Assembly: GCA_032718475.1 (NCBI GenBank)
Contig: JAUCBJ010007374.1
Location: 1-64,000 of the forward strand
Length of the DNA: 64,000 nt
Direction: 5' to 3'
Origin: Nemertoderma westbladi
Lineage: Eukaryota > Animalia > Xenacoelomorpha
Part shown: positions 42,924 to 53,000 of the stretch, piece after piece
Layout: each line of letters opens with the position of its first letter
Numbering within the stretch: the stretch's first letter is position 1
Program-made: the position numbers and the translations under genes
The notes under the pieces: generated by a model
Databases searched by the model: none
What the model saw: only the letters and a program-made list of their open reading frames with translations
What the model was told of the DNA's origin: nothing

Positions 42924-45647
42924 ATGTCTCTGTCACATGTCGGTCCCATGCAATCTGTATTGCCAAAAATTGCTTTAGGCGACCTTGATATTTTAAATAC
43001 AGTTGGAAAGGGACAATTCGCCACTGTTCATAAGGCGTCATGGAAGTCGCGAAACTTTCACGTAGCTGCAAAGAAGTTGGCGAGTCTGAAGATTGGGTCG
43101 GAACCGTTCATACTCAACCATTTGAAACACGCGAACATTGTGGAGTTCATTGCGGTAGTCGACCAAGGTCCCAACCCGTACCTTATTATGGAGTTTGCGG
43201 AAAACGGTTCGTTGTACGAATACCTAGAGAAGTACGGCAATTCCATGCAGTTCGTTCAGGTGACTGGCTGGGCATACGAAATCGCCAGCGGTATGAACTA
43301 CTTACACGACGAGGCGCCAATAAAGGTTATTCATCGGGATTTAAAGAGTCTAAACTGCGTTATATTTCAGAACATGGTGGTGAAGATCTGCGATTTCGGT
43401 TCTTCTAAGGTCTACCAGGAAACCGGGACTATGACGACATGCGTCGGCACCATCCCGTGGATGTCACCTGAAATGATTCGCGGTAGTAAAGTATCAACAG
43501 CGTGCGACGTATACTCCTACGGTGTGTTGTTGTGGGAGTTACTAACCCATGAAGTGCCGTACGAAGGCGTGGACTGGCAAATTTTAGTGTACCAGGTCGC
43601 CCAAATGGGGAAGCGACTGCCCATCCCAAAGTCGTGTCCCGGCCCCTTCAGGGATCTCATGTTGGCGTGTTGGAATGAGGATCCGGACGTCCGACCGGAG
43701 TTCAACCGGATAGTGGGTTGGGTCGACAGTATGGTGGATACTGATGGCTTACAGCAAGAGACGGTTGAGTTCTGGAGGAATTCAGAGGAGTGGAAGAGGG
43801 AGTTGGAGGATGCTAGGAAGTCATTTAAGGTCGCGGAACAGAAACTCTCCATAAAAGAGTGGCAGTTAGCGAAGAAGGAGAGTGCTTTGGAGCATCGCGA
43901 GTGGATTCTCTCCAAGAAGGGCTACTCCTATCCGTCGGTGAGTCTTGATCTGTGGACCTCGGATGAGGTTGGCGCCTGGGTCCGCGGTCTGCCGGGCTAT
44001 CTGGGGCAGCACGCCGGTCTTTTCGTCCTCCACGAAATAAACGGCTCGCTCCTCCCGCGGCTCCTCGCCGCCGACTACAAGAAGATCGGGATCGAAGCCT
44101 TCGGTCACATCCAGGAGTTCATAGAGATCGTAGGGAGACTGGCGAGTCAGACCGAGTTCGATAGGAACTTCCCGGAGCTCGGGGTTCCGCCGCGTCGGAA
44201 CAGTTGCTACGCGAAGCTCGACTATCGCCAGCCGGTCGCGCTGATATTCGGCCATTTTGTGCACCGCCACGCCGGACGGACCCGTTGGAAGGCCTACTGC
44301 GACGCGTTCGTACCGGACGGAGTCGACCGGTTGATGCAGAGCGTCCTGTTCCGCGTCGGATCTGGCTCCGACTCGCAGTACGTCGCGGTCAGTAAACCCC
44401 CGTTCGTTACCCCGGAATGGGTCGTTGGTGACTCCGTCGCCTACACGGTTACCTTCACCCCGGTAGTCAAGCAACCCCAGACCTTCACGTACCGCCACAG
44501 TGTAGAGGGGCCTGGATCCAGCACCCAGCGGGACATAGAGTTGAGTATCAGCGACAAGGTCTCTGTGTACAGCCCCGACAGTCCGGCAGGGAGTCCGCTG
44601 TGTCGGACCCCCGTGCTCCCCAAGCGAGCCCCCATTGCCCCCTTCCATACCCCCTCCGGGACCGGCGACTCAAACAAGAAACTGTACGTAGATGCCGTCC
44701 GCATGAAACCCTCCACCGGGACCATCACCCACTCAATGACCTCGCCTTGCATATACAACTCGTCGTCCTCGCTGTCCTCGACCCCCCAACTACACCGGGC
44801 CAACCGTAACAGCCCCTCCCCGCTCTGTTCCGACGACGAATTTCAACCGAATTTCCGCTTCCGATCGAGTTCATTGACCCCCACTGACTCGCGACGACCC
44901 CCCCACATCACAGTGACGTCACCAGTCGCTGGTTACCAGGGCAAAACTCGCAAACCGCCGTCCAAGGACTCGCAATCACAGACGGAACTAACCGGCACAG
45001 CTATCGAGCAGATGATGTTGGACTCGGATGAATTATTTAATGCAACTCAGAACCACTCCTCGATTAGACCGAGAATGAAACTCAGCCTCCCCCGGCCTGC
45101 CAGGGTGTTCAGCCGCCAGAGTAGCGGCTACTCGAGCGCGGCGTCCCCGGGGTTGAGGTACGTGGGGCCTACGCTCCGTAAGGCCCGGTCCGGGACGCAG
45201 AGTTCGGACGACACCATGCCGCGAACCGCCAGTTCCGACGGGCCGACTAGCGACTCGGCGTTGTTCGCTCCCCAGGCGAACGGATCGTACGAGGCGAGAC
45301 TTAGTGGGTTGGAGAGTGAGAGTAGCGAGGGTGGGATAGAGGGAGGGAGGGGGGAGGGATGGAGTGTGGGTGGAGGAAGGGGGTATGGGGGGAAGATGGA
45401 GGGAGGGAGGGGGCATGGGGGGAAGGTGGAGGGTGTGACGGGGGAGGGGGATCTTGATGGTTTTAGGATGCTGGGTATAAGTGACCAGGGTAACAATCGC
45501 GGTGCCCAGAGTACCATTGCCCAGGGTATCGGTATTAGTGCACCTACCAAGGATATAGAATCCCGAGGTTTCAATCTCAACGTCAACATCAAACCAAAGG
45601 GACGTGGAAGGGGCAAGAAATGGGGCAGATGGAAGAAGAGAGAATAG
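42924..45647 (+). CDS. MAP3K20: ZAK-alpha-like mixed-lineage kinase (kinase, leucine zipper, SAM, YEATS-like domain, disordered tail), intronless, 907 aa
   Basis: YLHDEAPIKVIHRDLKS.N, KICDFG.S, GTIPWMSPEMI, CDVYSYGVLLWELLTHEVP, RLPIP.SCP are ZAK-type; SAM (WTSDEVGAW...EINGSLL...GH); LIFGH, KPPF; basic C-terminus. Confidence 0.88.
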   Translation: MSLSHVGPMQSVLPKIALGDLDILNTVGKGQFATVHKASWKSRNFHVAAKKLASLKIGSEPFILNHLKHANIVEFIAVVDQGPNPYLIMEFAENGSLYEYLEKYGNSMQFVQVTGWAYEIASGMNYLHDEAPIKVIHRDLKSLNCVIFQNMVVKICDFGSSKVYQETGTMTTCVGTIPWMSPEMIRGSKVSTACDVYSYGVLLWELLTHEVPYEGVDWQILVYQVAQMGKRLPIPKSCPGPFRDLMLACWNEDPDVRPEFNRIVGWVDSMVDTDGLQQETVEFWRNSEEWKRELEDARKSFKVAEQKLSIKEWQLAKKESALEHREWILSKKGYSYPSVSLDLWTSDEVGAWVRGLPGYLGQHAGLFVLHEINGSLLPRLLAADYKKIGIEAFGHIQEFIEIVGRLASQTEFDRNFPELGVPPRRNSCYAKLDYRQPVALIFGHFVHRHAGRTRWKAYCDAFVPDGVDRLMQSVLFRVGSGSDSQYVAVSKPPFVTPEWVVGDSVAYTVTFTPVVKQPQTFTYRHSVEGPGSSTQRDIELSISDKVSVYSPDSPAGSPLCRTPVLPKRAPIAPFHTPSGTGDSNKKLYVDAVRMKPSTGTITHSMTSPCIYNSSSSLSSTPQLHRANRNSPSPLCSDDEFQPNFRFRSSSLTPTDSRRPPHITVTSPVAGYQGKTRKPPSKDSQSQTELTGTAIEQMMLDSDELFNATQNHSSIRPRMKLSLPRPARVFSRQSSGYSSAASPGLRYVGPTLRKARSGTQSSDDTMPRTASSDGPTSDSALFAPQANGSYEARLSGLESESSEGGIEGGRGEGWSVGGGRGYGGKMEGGRGHGGKVEGVTGEGDLDGFRMLGISDQGNNRGAQSTIAQGIGISAPTKDIESRGFNLNVNIKPKGRGRGKKWGRWKKRE

Positions 45648-46483
45648 TTGGGCAATTATTGAACCTAACTCACTGGCCAATGTAGCTGAACAGTAGATTT
45701 TATACACTAACCTAATATGGTGCTGAGCCAAATTTTTTTTAACTATTTATATAATGAATCTTTAATTTTTAGTTCTCATTGTTGTTTGTAGAATATTTTA
45801 TTAATATTATCCAAAATCTTTCATTGTGATAGTTTAACGTTAATGTTTATAGGTTGTGCTATCTGTCTGTATGACCATGCCAGTGTGCCAAACACCCACC
45901 ATTCCTTTCTTACTTCGTCCAATAATAATTGCAATAGTTTTTTTATATTTTGGTTCATTTGGGATGCCAACTTTAAAATCATGAACATTTATAGCAGGCA
46001 TTTATGTTAATATGCAAAGTATATCCGTTTATAGGTAACATAACTACCTCTAGAATTACGTGTTGTAATGGTTCATTGGGTCGTCCAAAAAGAAACATCA
46101 TTTAAAAGTTGCGAGTTTGATAGTTGGCCACCGAATATCAAACTCGTTCTTTTACAAAATGAAAAGGTATCAAAGAGTGATTTATTAAATATTGTAAATA
46201 ATAATTAGATAACAGTAAAAAAAATTACCGGTACTGTTAATAAAATAGAATCGTTCCAAGATTTCTGATTTACTAAACGAGCGCAGCGAGCGAGGTCAAC
46301 AAGTCAGATCTTGGTGCATTTACTGTACAGATTGACAATAAAGATTATAACTGAATAATGTTTTCTAGGTTGATGTTATCTAACATAGTGATCACAGATT
46401 TACAAATTATTGCTTCACATGATAAGTCATTAGTTTTCGATTCAGATTTGTCTCGACTTGATTGCAGTATTTGCCTACGTATT

Positions 46484-46750
46484 CAGGTAGGGGGGGGGGG
46501 ACTGGACGCAATAAAAATGCATCCCTCTCCAGGGGAAATTCGACGCAAATAACAGCTGATTTGATTATTCTCAAAAATAAAAATGTAACCTGTTCTATTG
46601 TGTTCAGTTTATTGTTTTGGTTAAAATAACGTGCCAGTGTAACCTGCTCCTTTCCCTAAATTGAGAATTTAACATTGAGGCGGGATATTAATTCGCCAAG
46701 GCGGGTTTTGCGTCCAGTCCCCCCCCCCCCCCCCCCCCCCCTCCTCCCTG
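46484..46750. mobile_element. G/C-tract MITE, copy 2
   Basis: GGGGACTGGACGCAA...TTGCGTCCAGTCCCC; homologous to 30497-30741. Confidence 0.75.
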
Positions 46751-47109
46751 TCTTACTGATATTTTGATATTTTATGATTCATTAGGGTTATAATCGTACA
46801 AACATTATACACCATGGGATATAGTAAGTGTGTAATTATTCAGGTACCTGTTCCTGTTCGATATTTGCATGGATTTGCACCGGCGCGAGGCTATTTTAAT
46901 ATGTTTAATAAATAAACCAAATTCTAGAACATTTTGTTTATGTATGATTAGCTATACATAATAATATGAATAAATAGGTAAATGCATTGTTTCTCAGCTA
47001 CGTATGAGATAAACTAACTATATACGTCATTGTTCATAAAATAGCACTTTATAGCGTTACGGCTCGAGTGATTTTTGGAAATAATAGAATGAGGACCGTA
47101 ATAATTATT

Positions 47110-47244
47110 TATTACATGGGAAAAAAAGTAGAGCTTTTTTTTCATTTCTCTCGAGGCATTTTATTTACCGAGCGTCAGCGAGGTTAATAAAGGGTCGAGA
47201 GAATATTGAAAAAAAAAATATTCTACGTTTTTTCCCATGTAATA
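47110..47244. repeat. Short hairpin-type inverted repeat, probably a non-autonomous element end
   Basis: TATTACATGGGAAAAA...TTTTTCCCATGTAATA around a CGAGCGTCAGCGAGG core; similar cores at ~21152 and ~46278. Confidence 0.5.
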
Positions 47245-48769
47245 CGTAATTTTATTCTTAAATTGGTACTTTTTTGTTGCTAAATTCTTTAATAAAACAT
47301 ATAGCGATATACTGCAACAGTACAGTAGTGTTACAAAATAAATTGAACTGCAGTATTTTACTATATTGCTTCCATAGTTACTGCGATTCAAATTATTGTA
47401 CTATTCAACTCCTGATGCTGCCTTACTCAGTGGTCAATAATTTTGTGTTCTCAAATATTTATTACGTAACTAGAGAGCTGCTTAACTACATAAACCAATA
47501 TTGGATATTGAGTTCCGTTTTGGTGTTACGCCGCGCAGACACTAAATTTGCAATAACTTTCGAGTGAGTGAATGGATTTTGCTCAAATTACTTGCAAACC
47601 TTTTCTACGTCGATGCTCTTTCAATATATGTAATCAAATTTAAGAAATTCCACCAAAAATATTTTTCTTTACTTTTTTCCCTAGGGAAAAAAAGTGAAAC
47701 TTTTTCTCCCGGTTTTGGGATATATTCGAGCGAAAAACAATTTCAGAATAAAAGCTTTGTGTGCTAATTATGAACAATGGCGAATCTAATTTTATTTATT
47801 TGTGTGAATTATTTGTAGTTATGGTATGCACTCTATCTTTCTAGAACAACCTAATAATGACGCGGTGATATACTGGAAATACATAGTGAATGTATGGCGT
47901 AGGGACATACTGATAAATAATGTCGCACTGCGATATAAAGCTGGAAAATATTTGGTATTTTATACATAATAATAATATTTGGCGATTTGGTAGTGCGGAA
48001 TTAATTCCACACAAATATATAAAAAATGTTACAGAATATGGTGCAATTATTAAATAGAATAAAATAGACTCGTGCAACATTCGAACTGTGTCGTTATAGT
48101 AGGTTATGACTAACCCAAATATTAATTCCGTAACATTCATTATTATTAGTGACATTGTTTTTATGGTGTTGTATGTTGATACATTATTAATTTTTATAAT
48201 TATTATTAATTGTATATTTTTGACATCAATGTGTAATTAATAACTACAATCCTCTTTATTAACCTAACTACATACGCTGGCTATTTGTTAATTAATGTAT
48301 TTGTGTTAATTAGGCATAACCACTGTAAAACGTTAGGTGTCAAGTCAAGTTATTTTAATGTAATTAAATCGAACCTTTTATTGCCTGTGGTTGGATTATC
48401 AATGGTGCAGACTTGCTCTTTATTTATTACCATCTCTAAAAATTTGTTTGACATATTTATTAAGGCCGTAGCAATTTGAATAATTTGTTAGTTTTTATTT
48501 GAAGTATAGTTTATTTGCTGCCATAAAGATGCCTTGTATTGTTTTATTTTGATATCGTTCAATAAATTCTTAGTTACTTCCAGTATAATTTCGTACCTAC
48601 ACACTTATCTCTCTAAGTGGGGTGTGGGGACGGTAAGGGGCAGTGTTTTCACATAGTTTGACCTTGTTCAGTGGACAGTTTAACCCATTGGGGTACTTTG
48701 ACCTATTAGACACATTGACCACTTAGACAGTTTCCACCCAATGGGGAGCTTTGACCTATAATTTATGAC

Positions 48770-49762
48770 CTAAAATTTTCGCGCTAAAATTAATTTATAG
48801 CGGTTATTTGGACACTGATCACGATTATAGAACTCAAATATAACATTCGAGAAAATTAGTGGTAATTTTGAATGTGCCCTCTGGGGCACGAAAAGAAAGT
48901 ACTGCAAATATGATAATGAAAAATCACAACGAATACAAATTGATTTTATGACCATATAGGTTTTTTGGGATACTGATCAGATCATGAATATGTCAATGAA
49001 ATATATAGTACATTGTTGATTAGGGCATTTTCGAATATGTGTCAATGTGGCATGTGAGGCACGAAAAATACAAGTAGCACAAATTTGATAATCAAAAATC
49101 ATTACCAAATCAACCTGATTTTTAGATATTATGGGTTTTCTGGCACTCAAAATGTCACTCAAAGATATCGTATTATCCAACCAAATTAGATTTTTGCCGT
49201 TCGAAATTTTTTGCTACAGTAGGCCTCCTTGTATTTTTCTGACAAGCACCAAAAATGATAGTTACGTTACCACGAATGATTTTTAACGAGTTGTATCGTG
49301 ATAATCGACCTTGAAAACCAGTATAGCTTCAGAATTACCAAACCAAAGGCAAAATTTAATAGTTTATAATTTTGTGTTACTTGTACTTTTCGTTCGGGGC
49401 ACCAGAATGGCACATTGCGTTTGCCTTTACCAGAAATATTTATAACTAGTTTCTTCGTGATCAGCGACCTCGAAAACTCGTATACGTTCAGAATTATCAA
49501 GCCAAACAGAAAAGTTTTTAGTGTGACATTTTTTTACTTGTACTTTTCGTCCTGTGGGACAAAAATAGCACCAAAAATAATGGTTACAGTTCCAGGAAAT
49601 ATTTTTAACAAATTGTATCGTGATCAGCCATCAGATAACCATTATACCATGAAAATTGTAATTTTTGAGCCAAGATCTGAAAAATTTCTATAATGACCCA
49701 CCCCCCCCCCCCCCCCCCGGCCAATTACATTGTAAAATAGCCCGGGTCAGATGGGTGGTTAA
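48770..49762. mobile_element. Degenerate non-autonomous DNA-transposon remnant
   Basis: Three diverged ~160-bp units with CGTGAT...CGACC.CGAAAAC; C-tract and GGTTAA end. Confidence 0.35.
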
Positions 49763-50028
49763 ACTGGTGAAAATATATATGAGTTTTGGTAGGGCCAATT
49801 ACATTTGGTGGACAATTTTTTAATGGATGTGAGGGTGAGCCCTACTGACTTGGTGAAAACTCATTTATGAGTTTAAGATACATTGTCTGGACTTGGTGGA
49901 TATTATATTTTTGCTATTCCTCCGTTGAGGGTTTTTTATGCTTATAAAGTTCAAATTTTTTTCATGCAAATTAAGGAATTGTATTGAAAATAAATATTGA
50001 CCTAGCAAGTTGATATTTGACATATCAA

Positions 50029-53000
50029 ACTTACCTTGTGGACAGTTTGACCTTGTGGACTCTTTGACCTTGTGGACACTTTGACCTTGTGGACAATTTG
50101 ACCTTGTGGATAGTTTGATCTTGTGGATAGTTTGATCTTGTGGATAGTTTGGCCTCCTGGACACTTTGACCATGTGGACAGTTTGACATTGTGGACAGTT
50201 TGACATTGTGGACAGTTTGACATTGTGGACAGTTTGACATTGTGGACAGTTTGACCTTGGGGACAGTTTAAACTCGTGGACAGTTTAACCTTGTGGAAAC
50301 TTTGACCTTGTGGACACTTTGGCCTTGTGGACAGTTTAACCTTGTGGACAGTTTAACCTTGTGGACACTTTGACCTTGTGAACACTTTGAGCTTGTGGAC
50401 AGTTTCACCTTGTGGACAGTTTGACCTTGTGGACACTTTCACCTTGTGGATACTTTGACCTTGTGGACAGATTGACCTTGTGGACACTTTGACATTGTGG
50501 ACAGTTTTACCTTTTGGACACTTTGACATTGTGGACAGTTTTACCTCTTGGACACCTTGACCTTGTGGACAGTTTAACCTTTTGGACACTTTGACCTTGT
50601 GGACACTTTGACCTTGTGGACAGTTTAACCTTGTGGACAGTTTAACCTTGTAGACAGTTTATCCTGAGGACAGTTTAACCATGTGGACACTTTGACCTTG
50701 TGAACACTTGACCTTGTGGACAGTTTGACCTTTTGGAAACTTTGACCTTTTGGACACTTTGACCTTGTGGACAGTTTAACCTTGTGGACAGTTAGACCAT
50801 GGGGACACTTTGACCTTGTGGACTCTTTGACCTTGTGGACACTTTGACCTTGTGGACAGTTTGACCTTGTGGATAGTTTGATCTTGTGGATAGTTTGACA
50901 TTGTGGACAGTTTGACATTGTGGACAGTTTGACATTGTGGACAGTTTGACATTGTGGACAGTTTGGCATTGTGGACAGTTTGACCTTGGGGACAGTTTAA
51001 ACTCGTGGACAGTTTAACCTTGTGGAAACTTTGACCTTGTGGACACTTTGGCCTTGTGGACAGTTTAACCTTGTGGACACTTTGACCTTGTGAACACTTT
51101 GAGCTTGTGGACAGTTTCACCTTGTGGACACTTTGACCTTGTGGATACTTTGACCTTGTGGACACTTTGACCTTGTGCACAGTTTGACCTTGTGGACAGT
51201 TTAATCTTTTGGACACTTTGACCTTGTGGACAGTTTGACCTTGTGGACACTTTGACATTGTGGACAGTTTTACCTTTTGGACACTTTGACATTGTGGACA
51301 GTTTTACCTCTTGGACACTTTGACCTTGTGTGGACAGTTTAACCTTTTGGACACTTTGACCTTGTGGACAGTTTGACCTTGTGAACAGTTTAACCTTGTA
51401 GACAGTTTATCCTTAAGGACAGTTTAACCATGTGGACACTTTGACCTTGTGGACAGTTTGACCTTTTGGACACTTTGACCTTTTGGACACTTTGACCTTT
51501 TGGACACTTTGACCTTGTGGACAGTTTAACCTTGTGGACAGTTAGACCTTGTGGACACTTTGACCTTGTGGACAGTTTGACCTTTTGGACACTTTGACCT
51601 TTTGGACACTTTGACCTTTTGGACACTTTGACCTTGTGGACAGTTTAACCTTGTGGACAGTTAGACCTTGTGGACACTTTGACCTTGTGCACAGTTTGAC
51701 CTTGTGGACACTTTGACCTTGTGCACAGTTTGACCTTGTGGACAGTTTAACCTTTTGGACACTTTGACCTTGTGCACAGTTGGACCTTGTGGACGGTTTA
51801 ACCTTGTGGACAGTTTAACCTTGTGGACAGTTTGACCTTGTGGACACTTTGACCTTGTGCACAGTTGGACCTTGTGGACGGTTTAACCTTTTCGACACTT
51901 TGACCTTGTGGACAGTTTAACCTTGTGGACACTTTGACCTAGTGGACAGTTTGACCTTGTGGACAGTTTAAACCTTTTGGACACTTTGACCTTGTGGACA
52001 GTTTGACCTTGTGGACACTTTGACATTGTGGATAGTTTGACCTTGTGGACACTTTGACCTAGTGGACAGTTTGACCTTGTGGACAGTTTAAACCTTTTGG
52101 ACACTTTGACCTTGTGGACAGTTTGACCTTGTGGAAAGTTTGACCTTGTGGATAGTTTGACCTTGTGGATAGTTTGACCTTGTGGATAGTTTGACCTTGT
52201 GGACAGTTTAACCATGTGGACACTTTGACCTTGTGAAAACTTTGACCTTGTGGACAGTTTGACCTTGTGGACAGTTTGACCTTGTGGACAGTTTGACCTT
52301 GTGGACAGTTTGACCTTGTGGACAGTTTAAACCTTTTGGACACTTTGACCTTGTGGAAAGTTTGACCTTGTGGATAGTTTGACCTTGTGGATAGTTTGAC
52401 CTTGTGGATAGTTTGACCTTGTGGACAGTTTAACCATGTGGACACTTTGACCTTGTGAAAACTTTGACCTTGTGGACAGTTTGACCTTGTGGACAGTTTA
52501 AACCTTTTGGACACTTTGACCTTGTGGAAAGTTTGACCTTGTGGATAGTTTGACCTTGTGGATAGTTTGACCTTGTGGATAGTTTGACCTTGTGGACAGT
52601 TTAACCATGTGGACACTTTGACCTTGTGAAAACTTTGACCTTGTGGACAGTTTGACCTTGTGGACAGTTTGACCTTGTGGACAGTTTGACCTTGTGGACA
52701 CTTTGACATTGTGGACAGTTTAACCTTGTGGACACTTTGACCTAGTGGACAGTTTGACCTAGTGGACAGTTTGACCTTGTGGACACTTTGACATTGTGGA
52801 CAGTTTAACCATGTGGACACTTTGACCTTGTGAAAACTTTGACCTTGTGGACAGTTTGACCCTGCCAGTTTGACCTTGTGGACAGTTTAACCTTGTGGAC
52901 ACTTTGACCTAGTGGACAGTTTGACCTTGTGGACAGTTTAAACCTTTTGGACACTTTGACCTTGTGGACACTTTGACCTTGTGGATAGTTTGACCTTGTG

